A stretch of DNA of 64,000 nt. Source: Microthyrium microscopicum. Its lineage: Eukaryota. The position numbers and the translations under genes are program-made. The DNA lies in NCBI GenBank assembly GCA_010405405.1, contig MU004235.1, positions 1,688,538-1,752,537 of the forward strand, written 5' to 3'. This document shows positions 48,550-60,783 of the stretch, in pieces (the stretch's first letter is position 1; each line of letters begins with the position of its first letter). Under the pieces are notes generated by a model, which saw only the letters and a program-made list of their open reading frames with translations, searched no databases and was not told the origin of the DNA.

Positions 48550-49285
48550 ATGGAACCCCGCCGCGCACCCCCCGAGTACACCTTGGATGTATTCGCCGAC
48601 CCCACCTGTGTCAAAGACGTCGTAAAAGGTACTTGTTTGTCCTTTCTCTCAAACTGCCCTTCAATATATCTACCTTAGGTCCACTATAAATCCAGGGAAA
48701 AAACCACTGACATGGCATTCTACAGCGATTTTACACACGATATTCTTTCATCGCTACTTCATCCCTATTACTCCCACCACCCGCGACCTACTCGACCAAA
48801 CTCTCCCCGCAATCGACGACCCCGTTCTCGAATCCGTAATCGACGCGCGCGCAATAGCACTCGTTCGTTCCATGCAGGGCCCCAGACAATCCGCCGGAGA
48901 TCCGAGCGGGCGCGCACAGCTGGTTGTGAGCTTTAGCGAGAAGAAGCGCAAGAAGACATACTTCTTTGGTAAGGCGGATGAGGAGGTGTGCTGGGAGTTG
49001 TGGACGCTGGATGTGACATGTGCGACACCACGAACGGAGAGTGGTAAGAAACTCTTACTGAATGGGCATAACGTATTGGCTCTAATGTGCGTTGTAGAAG
49101 CGATCAAGGTGCGACGAGCGATGGAAAAGAGCTTACAAAAAACGGCGCTCAAGATTATTGGAATTGTGAATCGTGACAAGGACCACATTCCACCGATTAC
49201 TACGACTGAGACAAATCCGTTTCCGTATCAGATTCTGGTGAATCCACGGACGGAAGCTATAGGGCCTCGCACGGGTATCTTTTAG
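48550..49285 (+). CDS. ATG101: Autophagy-related protein 101; 3 exons
   Basis: MEPRRAPPEYTLDVFADP..VKDVVKAILHTIFFHRYF...EEVCWELWTL...IVNRDKDHIPPITTTETNPFPYQI. Introns 48629-48725 and 49044-49097. Confidence 0.88.
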
Positions 49286-49637
49286 TCAAAGATGCTTCCA
49301 TTCGGGACCTAGAGTGAAGAGTGATGAGGAGACGAATATTACGAGGGATGAGGTCTTATGGAGTGGCCATGAGAATGTGAAAGAGTCGTGGAGCGCGTGG
49401 TAGAGCGTGTTCATTGCTCCCACATAGCATCCACTCGTTGCGTGTGATTCAGCGCAATGGTTTGCAAACAAAAAGCCAAAGATACCCCTTTCTATTCTTA
49501 CATCTTTACAGGTTTAGCCTGTTTTCACTAGATAGACTTTGATTTATTGATTTTCTTGGAAACTGCACAAAAAGCACTGGATGAATAATATCGTATTGAT
49601 TCTAAAAAGTATGCACATTGTTCCATCTTCACGCTTG

Positions 49638-51082
49638 TTAGGTTCTATAGTCGCCATTAATAGTGACATATTCGTGGCTGAAATCGCAAGTCCAGTATAC
49701 TGCCTCCTCGCCCTTCTTCTCACTCAGCTTGACCAATATCTCGAGATCCTCAGCTTCCAGTATCTGCGCCGCCCGTTCCTCGTCGACCTTCTCAGGCTCG
49801 CCTTTGACGAGCAGTTGTAGTTCGGGACTGCCATCCGTCGGTATGAAGCTCACGCTCGTCTCCTCTGGCACCACACTCTCCACTCCCTCAGCATATCCCG
49901 TGGCGCAGAGGATACGACCCCAATTAGCATCTTTGCCATACAGCGCCGTCTTGACCAGCGGCGAGCGCGCGATCGTCGAAGCCACCCTCTTCGCATCCTT
50001 ATAAGTCGCCGCGTTAACGACTTTAATCGTAACAAATTTCGTCGCACCTTCGCCATCTCGTACCACCAACTGCGCCAAATCCCTGCCAAATCCCTCCAAC
50101 GTGCTACGCATCTCTGCGTACCCTTTACTACTCTCGCTCTCGATGACCTGTCCGCCCGCGGCGCCATTGGCCAGCATAGCAAGTGTGTCATTCGTGCTCG
50201 TGTCGCCATCAATGCTTATGCTATTGAAGCTCTTATCCACCGCGCCGGGTAGGAGGGAGCGCAGCGCGGTGGGTGCCAGTGGGGCATCGGTGCAGATTAT
50301 CCCGAGAAGGGTCGCCATATTAGGATGGATCATGCCAGCACCTTTAGTCATGCCAGCGATCGAATAGGTGGTGTCGGGCGAAGAAGGTAAGGTGAATGTG
50401 CGGGAGAGGAGTTTGGGGAATGTGTCAGTGGTGCAAATTGCGCGGGCGGTGGAGAGCCAGTGGTCGTGGGTTGAGCCGAGATCTGTGTAGGCGGAGGGGA
50501 TTTTGTGGAGGATCTTTTTGATGGGTAGTCTGGCAGAGTGTGGTTATTAATGTATGTAGAAGGTGGGCTTGAGGGTAATATGTACCTTTGGCCTATAACG
50601 CCGGTACTCATGACTATGGTTCGCGAACCTTTCCCGTCATCTTGGGTATCGTCGAAGCATTGGTCTGTAGTCTCGCCCATTTTGATGGCATCTTGGATCC
50701 CACCTTTGCCTGTGACGGCGTTGGCACAACCGGAGTTTATGACTACGGCTCTGATGCCAGAGCCTTCGCGGCGAGTGAGCATGTCTCTGCTGACGGTGAC
50801 GGGAGCTGCCTGGAACTTATTGGTCGTGAAGGTAGCTGCCGCTGAACATGGCGTTTCAGACGCGATCAAGGCCAAATCATCAAATCGTGTGTTGGAAGCT
50901 TTGACGCCGACGTGGGTGCTGGCGGCGAGGAAACCTTTAGGATATGTGCCGCTAGTTGGAACATACTTGATCTTTGCTGGAGGGACTCCGCCTTCGCCAG
51001 GAGCAGAGTACTGTCGGATCTGGGATCTAAAGCTGTTGGCGAATGTACCAAAGAGCTTGTTGGTGGCAGGACGAGCAGCCAT
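49638..51082 (-). CDS. ARG7: Ornithine acetyltransferase / arginine biosynthesis bifunctional protein ArgJ, mitochondrial
   Basis: Motifs [33 protein letters not shown] (autocleavage Thr), [23 protein letters not shown] and [10 protein letters not shown]. Basic presequence-like N-terminus; intron 50530-50585. Confidence 0.95.
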
Positions 51083-51206
51083 CGTATGTGTATGGCGTCG
51101 ATCGACGAATTCGGACAATTCTGATAACCGACGGTTTACATCTGAGGACTGGAGAAGAACTTATTCTCTTAAGAGGCACTAGAAGTCATAGCATGTTGTC
51201 GCGAGA

Positions 51207-51213
51207 TGAGTCG
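51207..51213. promoter_or_regulatory. Possible Gcn4/CpcA response element upstream of ARG7
   Basis: TGAGTCG is a 6/7 match to TGA(C/G)TCA, about 125 bp upstream of the ATG. Arginine genes are known cross-pathway-control targets. Confidence 0.25.
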
Positions 51214-51762
51214 AAAAAAAGATTGATTTGTTCAAATATTTTCCTTGCACATGCAGGTGTTCTGTATGATAACATTTCCCCTCAAGCCCCTCCACGCTAT
51301 CTGACTTTGCAGGGCTTATCCTTGCTAGCGTGATGCCGCACGTGTGCGTAGATTCAGCCTCACTAATTGGGAACGTGAGAATGGTCAGATCTCACTAAGT
51401 TAGTGAGGCGACGCGGAGATTAGCAGTCCGATCCCCCAAACCTGGATTTGTATAGCGACACATGCTACTAATCATCGCTAAACACCCATGTCGGTAGCTT
51501 TGCTATTGTGCTCCCTATGTCTTTGCCGTGTCAACTCGCACGATCACCACTCTCTGCCGGTGATCTTGATATCATTATACCGCCCACACGGCCTTGATCT
51601 GTGTTCTGTTATCAACCATGATTCTATTCACTTCCTTTTTGTTCCTGACGAACAGCCTATCAAAATTTATGCCGACAGAATTACCCAGAACGATACCAAT
51701 AGGTACCTAGCCATGTACTCCGTAACAGCTTTTAGCCGAATCGCACAGCTCCTTTAAAAGCC

Positions 51763-53783
51763 TCATATCGCCGGAGAACCGTATCCACGTCTGGACTGTC
51801 CATCCACTTGCGGTGAATACTGTGGTTGCTGTTGATCGCGACCTCCTCGCCCTCTCCATCCTCCTCCATGCCCATTCGCTCGCCCACGACCCCTAAACCC
51901 TCCACCTCCTCGACCGCGACTACCACCGCGAGGTTTCTTGCCTACCGAGAATGGGATCTTTTCCAAGGGTTCGAGAACCCACTCAAACTTCTGTAAACCC
52001 AGCCGCTGCTGCTCCAACTCTGGAAGCCTCCACGCCTGGAACAGACCCATGAGCTTCTCTTGATCAATTTCACCACTTCCATCCTTGATGTCGATGCGCC
52101 GAAGCTCTGGAATCCAAGTCATGATGTACGCGCCCTTGGAATCATAATCAAGAGATTGTTTGACAGGATTGAAGATTCGTCCTTCTCGCGGATCGTTTCC
52201 TACGCCAGAAACGTATTGCCAATTTCCCCAATTGCTGGACACGTCGTAGTCGACGAGCATACATTCATACCATTCGGCACCGTACCGCCAATCCATACCC
52301 AGATGCTTGGAGAGGAAACTGGCCACATTTTGACGCGCTCGGTTGCTCGTGTAGCCAGTCCAGAATAGCTCTCGTTGCGAAGCATCGATGAGCCCAATAC
52401 CAGTATGTCCGGCTAGGAAGCGGTCGAAGATTTGGTGGCCTCCCACTCCGTCCATGGTACGTTCTGGCGTTTTCCAGTCCTTGTCGCATAATCCACGAAA
52501 GCCATCCAGTTGAAAGAGCTTGGGACCGAATTTTTGAGCACAGAATCGCATATAGTCTCGCCAGAGGAGTTCAAAACGAACTGCCGTGGTGCCTGCATTT
52601 TCGCCCTGGCCGAAACCTTGCCCATTTTTGTATGACTCGAATCGGGCTTTGCTGTCCTTGTCTTGGAAGATTAATTTCCCGCCTTCGAAAACTGACATTT
52701 CTGCATGTATTTGCCGTGCAGATATGCTGCCTATTGCAAGATATCCGGAAAGTTTGGTGCTAAACTCAGTGCCAACAAGACCATTTCGAGTGTCCTTGTA
52801 TGCACTCATGGAGCCGCTTTCCATCAGTGTTTCGACGCGCTTCATTGCGTGAGTTTCACCGCCTTCAAACGGGTGGGCAGAATAAGTCTCAATATCATCT
52901 GCCGGTGGCATTGGTGTTGAAGATAAGCCAATCGAGTCGCCCAAGGGTTTGAGTAGGCCTTGAATAAGTTGTTTCTTTGTGGATGGTTCGGTAAACTCGC
53001 GCCGTATGGGAGGAATTGACGTAGTTGTCGGAAAAGGAGGCAGCTCGGTCGGTACTGGATGTGGTTGTCGAGGTCTTTCACGAAGAGGCTCTAGGGCCTT
53101 ACGAAAGGTGGTGAAAATGTCAGGTAAGTTGGACATTCCATTAAAGGGGAAATCATCACTGCTACTGTTTAGTAGGGAACTGGTTGCGGCGGTGTTGCAT
53201 GATCGGACGTATTGCCGATAGAGGGAACAGAGGCAACTTACTCGTCGACGAAGTATTTCTCATCCTTGAAAAGACGAAACTCCTTGCCACCGGCTTTGAC
53301 AACCTTTTGCACCTCCAGTTCTTCAGTCTGCTCCTCGGCTGTGATGTCTTTGGTCATCCAAACACCCACCACTTCGCCCCTGGATTTGTCGGCGTCGAAG
53401 AACTTGAAAGCATCCTGAACAACTTCATGAATGCGTCCAACGCGAATGGCCATTCCACTGCCATGGCTTTCCAAAGACTCTTTCAGATCCCAGACATTCT
53501 CCGCAAGAAACTTTGCTCGATGGGGTCCGCAGCGCCAGAATCGCGCGAGCTTGCTCCTTGCCTCTGGAAATGGAGAAACAGATTTTTGCGCGCCATCGTC
53601 CTCGCTCAATAAGCCAGAAACCTCAATTTGATGGGCTGAGAAGACGTAGATGGGCAATAAATGGGTGAAAGACACGTTCTTTGTTTTATTGCGAAAAGCC
53701 TGGCAGATTTCATGGAAGACTGGATTATCTGCAAGTCGAAGGTCCCTGCGAAGAAGGTAGATGAGAATCTTGGGCGTCGCCAT
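51763..53783 (-). CDS. Cryptochrome DASH (photolyase/cryptochrome family) with an RGG-rich tail; 2 exons
   Basis: Motifs YLLRRDLRLADNP, FEGGETHA, YKDTRNGLVGTEFSTKLS, FELLWRDY, TGYTSNRARQNVASFL and DYDVSSNWGNWQY..GVGNDPR. Intron about 53159-53241. Confidence 0.93.
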
Positions 53784-56700
53784 GGTAGGCAGTCTACCAA
53801 TACCTCAGCCTCCTCCTTCTCGGCAGTAAACACTTGTTACTTGCTCTTTAAGTCAATTATTTTCTCAAGCGGATACTGGATAAGCCACAATAATATGTGG
53901 CTAAATTTTGTTGCGTCAGGACAAGAACTCGACAGGGTCTCAATCTAGACTCTGGGCCCACGGCGACGTCCGCGAATCTCGACTTGGGCTTATTTGTTGC
54001 AGTTCCTAGGCTTGTGTAATGATTTGAGAATCAAGGACTGAAATTGGGCGTCTGTCAAAATGCGAATAACGTGGGAATCTTTGGACCCTGAACGGCGGAA
54101 GTGAGACAAATCTTTGACGTACGCAGGTCTCTGTATTATTTGGTTGCTGGATGGCTGGACACGGATTTGAGCTTGTTCGTAATGTGCGAATCACTGGCAC
54201 GACGGGCACGTCGCTCAGTACAAGTACTATAGTAGTTTGGTTTCCATACCTAGGAACAATCCGGTCATTAATGATTGGTGCATGCTACTATCCTGGCGTG
54301 TCTGGTAGACTTTGGTTGGCACCGGCCTTAGTAGTTACTAGTTGGCCTCGAGAAACTGCAAGTGTGCACTCTGCAAGCCTGCAGTCGGGAAGCCACATTA
54401 GCGGAGTACACTCCGACTTGGTGATGCCGTCAACTTGTTCGAACACCAATGGTACGATACCAACACGATTCGTCTCACTGGTACTGTAGATCTAGATGGG
54501 TGTTTCTAGTGCAATCGAGGCGGTAGGTTGATGATGCAAGTCGTTCAAGAAGTCTGCATTATCATGTGTCACTACTACTGGCTGTATAATCAATTGACTT
54601 CATGCTGTCGGCTAAGGTACCATATGGGGTTAAAATATCACTGGCGGCGTCTAGACTGCCAGTAATGCCTCGAAAAATGTCTCCGATGGCAAGATCCATG
54701 CCAGTGGTGGTGGAGATCGAATCCGCACAGAGCAGCCATAGCTTCCAAGGCACGAATCAATGATGAGTCCAATAATTGCACAAAATGCACACGAAAGGAA
54801 CACTCAAATGATACTCTTCCGACCAACTTTGCATAAATAATGTTTGACTTATACATGCCATGGAGTCACGATAGCACGTCAAATGAACGAGCCGCTAAGC
54901 AAAGATCTTCAAGGCTCGGTAGTGAGCGTATCCAATACCATTCAATGAGGAAATTATCCTGATCATTATGAGCTGTGTTTAGGTAGAATGATATATCAAT
55001 GTTTATTAGTAAAACTAATGTATTCAGTGCAAGTGAGGTTTTCGTGGTATAATCACATAGTATGTAAATATGACCTACGAATTCTGGACTGCGAACGGTT
55101 CGATTGTCTCACATTTGTACGGCATCAGATCTTGCGAAATTTCTCGACGACCACAATTCAGTTCTGTAATTGTTAGGCTCATTAAAGAGGCATCGATGTC
55201 TAAATATTATACCTGTATACCCAACTTTAATAATATCGGATCAAAGCCTGAAACTCTGTTTCTAGCACACCCGTTGCGAAGTATCTGTACAGCTTCCGCA
55301 GGTGCGTTGTGAAGTCTAGGCCCATCTCAGATGTCATCGGGTAGTAGTTCCTTGTTATTGTTAGCCTCGTACGTATAAAGTTGCCGCGATGATTCTTCAA
55401 TTCTTGAAACTCAAATTGAGGGGGCTCCCCGCGTGGCGCAGCTGTGTCCCAGAGCAAGCCAAATTTAATCGTGGGGAGCAACGTTTAACATTGATGGTTT
55501 TTAAACGATCTCAACTTCCTTTTGCATATCGACCTCGTGGCGTGCCGCGTTTACCAAGTCCCTGGGTAACCAATCCCCATTAACAATTTCAAACCTCGCA
55601 TTCGGAGCTATATCCGAAGGCTGGCGTCGGCACATTATACCTTTGGTCGAGACCCTTCTGCACCGTTTGTAGCCTTACTCCTCGCATATGCAAGGCCCGA
55701 TTACCGTACCTCCGTACGACGTGGCGGCGGTCTGGTGTTTGGTTTGTCCTGCCTTCTCGTAATTTTAACTTAACCTCCGTCAATTCTCGGGCCAAAATAA
55801 CCTCCGTAAACCATCGGAGTGTTGATGTAACAATCTAGTCTTTACGATAGTGCATTCTGGGTTAGCACAGTCGGGACTGAAAATGCTGACTGCATTTGCT
55901 GAAGTGCACGATACGCAGTCAATGACCCGTCGATCAACCCTGACGATGAATAGTTTGGTACCATGTGCCCAATCTATGTTTAGAGCTATGTATCTATAGT
56001 ATCTTCATCATAGTGACGTCAAGATCAACCATTTCAAAGGTTAAATGGACAGCCAAGCAATCTAGGTGGTAAATGACCGGTATCCGACAGGTGAGCTACA
56101 TCGCGGAAGAGGTCATCTTAACCTTTTAGTCGGTGTGTTGGTAGCGTCTCGGCGAGATACAAAGTATGCAGTGACTTGGCGTGAATGTCTCCAGCACAGT
56201 CATTTCTCAATTACTTTTGCCGATTTGATACTGAGTTACTCTCGGCGCCTACGGACAGGAATCCTGTGGAGCCAATTCCTACTTCGTGTTATATTTAGGT
56301 ACAAAGCATTAACTATTGAAGTCCTAGCTGTAGATCTTTATAGATCGTGACAGTGCTTAAATCCGATGCGTCTAATAGATGTACTCAAGGGCAATTCAGC
56401 ATGGGTCACGCGTCAATCTGTCATTCTCTGATCAGATTGTGACTCTTGATGATTTCTGATACTTGTCATCGCCGTAAACGCTCCGGACGTTCCGATCGTT
56501 CAGAGTAGGAGTAGTTGGAACTTCTTCGAGAATCAGTAAAGTAGTAAGTTTTGCCGTCGGAGATTGAGATCACCTCAAGGCTGAAAACAGTCTTCTATTC
56601 CACATTGTTATAATAAAAATGTTTCTGGTTTGCGAGTTGTAAATGTGGTGTTGCATGTAGTCTAGATCTAAAGTGGGAATGAACATCTAATTGTACCATA

Positions 56701-56994
56701 CATAGGTATGTGAATAACGAAGACGTTAGTAGTGCCAGACCATAGTAACGCCGAAAATAAACAAACGTAAGCGCCGAAATGAACGCAATAAACAAAGATG
56801 AAAGTCCAATCCGAAAGCATTACCATCTTTCCCGATTCCCTCCCTCGTAGGCCTATCCGTACATCATGCAGTGATTCGTGAGCCATGAGATTAAGCACCA
56901 TGGTGAGATAAAACAAGCCTTCCAATGACATGATAATATTGACAAACGCCGTGGCTATGCATGGGTATCGTAACGTCCAGAAAAAAAAGTTAAA

Positions 56995-57727
56995 TCAAGG
57001 GCGTCCAACTGGAGAACGTTCCCAGTGTCGTAACATCTCGCTTATAGCCCAAGTCCACTCCTGAGTGAAGGCATTCGCTAATTGTTGAACGCTATGCTGA
57101 GTTGGAGCCATATCGCCCCACATCTCTGGCTGTTGTGCTTGGTGAATGGCATAGTATGGTATCAATCGACTGTCGCGTTTTAGTCGGCTGATTCGTTGCA
57201 CAGGTTTTCGATCTCACTTACTCAGATTGTACCTTGGATAAAACAAGCCAGCAAAAATTCCAGCTTCTATTGCTCAATGGATCTGCATAAACTCTACGTT
57301 TTGCCTCGTCTATAACATGAGAACTAAAGTCAATTTAGCTCTTCTTGTCTGGACAGTTTCAGTGACTTGACCGACCTAAACGGATAGTTGGTTGTCAACG
57401 CTCGAAGTTCTGTGAGAAGCATATTGGAGTTCACATAGTGCGACCCTATATCTTAAGTTAGGTTTATCCTATAAGGCTGAAGCATGCTACTGTACTCACA
57501 AGCACTTGTCATGGGGCCCGTGACATCTGGCGTCCCTACTTCTGCAAACACTTTTTCAATTCTTCGAAGCTCCTGAAGAGTGTTTATTTGATGAGTTTGT
57601 AATGCGTGGATGAGCTGAGCCTTTTCAGTCTGTATTCCGATACAACAATATGAGCTATCTAAAGACAAAGGGGCGCGAGAATATGGAGCAAACTTACCTC
57701 CGTCATTTCATTGTCTTGATCCGTCAT
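56995..57727 (-). CDS. Uncharacterised 168-aa protein, 5 exons (57727-57698, 57629-57500, 57445-57376, 57323-57222, 57169-56995)
   Basis: All four GT-AG introns join in frame to a stop-free 507-nt CDS: MTDQDNEMTETEKAQLIHALQTHQINTLQELRRIEK...WSHYVNSNMLLTELRALTTNYPFS...SNRSWNFCWLVLSK...PEMWG...EWTWAISEMLRHWERSPVGRP*. Confidence 0.85.
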
Positions 57728-58299
57728 CGCTGTTCCTAGGTAGGTAAACGCTGGCCATGCGGCTGTATCTGGTGGTGCTGTTCTCGATTGTTGGATCAGA
57801 ACTGGTCCTGTCTTAACTTTTATGATGTTTACCCGAGTCGTCTCTGAGTGGGTTTTTGAATGCATGGCTTGTTTACCTCAAGGTTGACTTCGGGGAGTCC
57901 GCCTTATGAAATCAGTCTGATCTTATTTCGTATGGAACTGAGCTGTATGCAGGCGTATAGTTGTAACCTAAAGACTTTAACGTTCCCATAGGTCGTTAAT
58001 AACTCAACCCTCGAAACGCTACTTTAGGTAAGTTCCAGGTGCCTGATGTCTAATCATTTATATGTTCAGCTGCTCTAGAAAATCTCAAATACATAGGAGA
58101 CAAATGGTTTGCTTGTGCTCAAGTCTGAACAAGGGAACCACGGTACATAGGCTTGAAGCCACTTTACCCTTGTGATTGTGGCATCAGTCCTACGCTGACC
58201 TCACGTCCTCGATACTATGAAAGCGAAAACTCAACATTGAGCTTAAGCCTCCAAAGCATCATTTCGAGCTATAATTTCTTGGAGCATCGCCACAAGGAA

Positions 58300-59900
58300 C
58301 CCAAGACAGGGATTGATTTAGAGTTGGGGGCTGCCGGCTAGTTGATATGCACTGAGAGTGAGCTATTTCTCACTGGGCAGTATCGAACCAGTAGGCGCAG
58401 CCATATTTTGAAAGAACGAATTACAGCTAGTGGATTGTAAAGTGGTAATGCATTTCCAAACCATCATAGAGGTGGTGTCTACGATAATCTAGCTGCAGCT
58501 TATGTTAGTGATTTCTGCTTGTAGAAGAGCGACCTACCGTACAAGTATCGGCAAATTACCCCTATCGGGCATCAGTGGCCTCAAAGTACTATCAATTCTG
58601 ACCGAAATCATCAATTTGGGTAGAATAAAGAGCTTACATGATCAAATCCTTCACTTGGCAGTCCATGGTTGTCTGAAGATTGCATGCATATTCTTTTGGT
58701 AAATACTCCAGCTTGATCTGCGTCGGGTACCCCTGGGATGGACACCCGGTAAGTACGTGCTCTTTCAGTGGCTTTCAAGCTTGAACCAAGTGATTCTATA
58801 TTTCCCCGCGTGAGCTTTTAGCCCAAACTTTGAGAGAGCTTACCATAAGTTAAAAGGCTTGTCAGATTACGTAGCCGCGCCACAGCTTACCGTTCCGAGT
58901 CCAGTCTATGCTGGAGCAGTAACGCCCGGTCCGATGTTTGTGCAGATATTGTCTCCAGCATGTTACCTTTGAAGCCTATAACCGTTGAGTGCTTCGAAGA
59001 AAGCACTCGAATTGCCGTTCGTTGACCCTGTGGGTATCAGCGAGGGACTAAGTCACCGGAATTTACGGGCTGTCAAACTTCAGCCTGATAACTGCAGAAC
59101 ACGCACGTCGCATGCACTAGCGCCCGTTTCTCAGGAAAGTAGCTGGGCTTTCCTATACATGGAATCTATTTAGGTACTTATGCATTGCTCTGCGGTAAAG
59201 GCCTCGTGGCTTGTGCGGGAGCGGAATCTTGAGGCCTGACATAAGATGACGTTTCTCATGACTCGGAACATCTGGTTGGTTAGGAGATTATAATACGGCT
59301 CATATAGGGACGGTGCCCGGTCCAATTGGACTTTCCTTGACCACCCTGGCATCTAGAATTTATCGACCTCTTATGGAATCCAGAGGACGCCATCTACCGG
59401 ACAGTCGAAATGGTTCGAACTCAGCCTCATAGCATCTCAGGGGTTCACGAGCATAATAGCTGAAGGTTTTCGTCCTCCCAAAAGCTCCCTGCCATAATAT
59501 AATGGCTGTGCTTTTGCCAAGTTTAGATGTATTACAAACGCATCTTCTCTTTTTAAAATTGCTTCGAAATTCCGGCCGGTCAGTAGTCTTGCGGAGCGAC
59601 CACATCGTAGTGTTTCCGTGATCTGAAAACCACCTGTGTCCCATCATCCACCCTTTGCTACGATCACTCTTTTAGCATCGCCACTTATTCTAATCCTGGA
59701 ATAAAAATGCTACTCCCCTTTGCATCATGCAAATCCGGTTGATATATCTTCTCGATTTCAGCTTTCCGCCATGGCGGATGTTTATTACGCAGTGGGAGGA
59801 GATTAAGATCGACTGAACTTTTCCCACTGCTCAAGCAAATTCTTGAAATCTGAGGAGTTCTGAAATCCAGATTTACAGCTACAGCTCTGGTTCAGCTAAG
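58300..59900 (-). pseudogene. Possible heavily decayed NACHT-domain (NLR-like) gene
   Basis: Frameshifted fragments in the expected order: QRVDDGT/RWFSDH (R-x-x-GT-x-x-WF), ILWQGAFGRTKT (P-loop-like) and, much later, LSKYGCAYWFD. Many stops; boundaries approximate. Confidence 0.3.
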
Positions 59901-60783
59901 GTATATCCCTGGAAAACTTAAATGAGACAGACTGTCTGTGAAATTTCGATGGAGCGGTCGTAACCTCACCGATGGCTTCCTCTTACTCGAAGTTATGAAA
60001 ATATGATGCCCAAACCCATGCAAATCCTCCATCTACACCTCTCCACTCGTACGCCAATCAAAGTTTGAAGCAGAGTGCTGGAGACTGATGTAAGAACAGG
60101 TAACGCCCAAAAAGTGATCCTTTTATACTGATATTTGAGAAATAAGGTAGATGATAGGAACGATTTGACCCCACGAGAAGTATTCAGTAGTGAAGCGTTA
60201 CAGATTCCTTCACAATGTGCAAGTAGATTGTGTGTAGAGTACTGAATTGTGAATATAGGAGAGGCTTACCCCCTTTCAAAATCCGCTACCTGCTCGCTCT
60301 ATTGTAGGCGAAGTCGCCAAAGTACACCCTCGGTCTCGATTGTTGTAAATGGGGATCGATGTGTTGCCAGAATAATTGAGTCGACTCATGAGATTCAATT
60401 TCGAGATCTAATGGAGAGGGTCGGGTGCACATTTGGAGTACCTTCGGATCGCGATTTGTCAGGTGCAGAATTATTTTCGGGTCGTGCACGGGCCTTTTAA
60501 AAAATATATATCCCCAACCACCTATACCATAATGAGATCGAGATAGTAAATTCACGATTGCTCGCTATCTACCACATTATATACATTAAAACTACAAGTG
60601 CTATATTCCTTATAGTATATTACCTTATTAGGAGCTTAAAAATAATAGCTTTCCTTACTAGTTACTAAGTAAATATACTAAACTATTATTCTATTGCTTT
60701 AGATTCTTAGCTTAATCTATCTCTATATATAGTGTCTACTATAATAACTACTCCTTTTACTCTAATTTTAACTATTAGTACTA

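Noticed and set aside
53159..53167. CAG-TAG-CAG triple acceptor in the cryptochrome intron
   Set aside because: All three are in frame, but the likely branch site lies immediately upstream, so the distal AG is probably the only one used. Any effect would be 1-2 residues.
54000..56000. Decayed coding-like sequence upstream of the cryptochrome gene
   Set aside because: Multiple stops in all frames and no motif I can assign.
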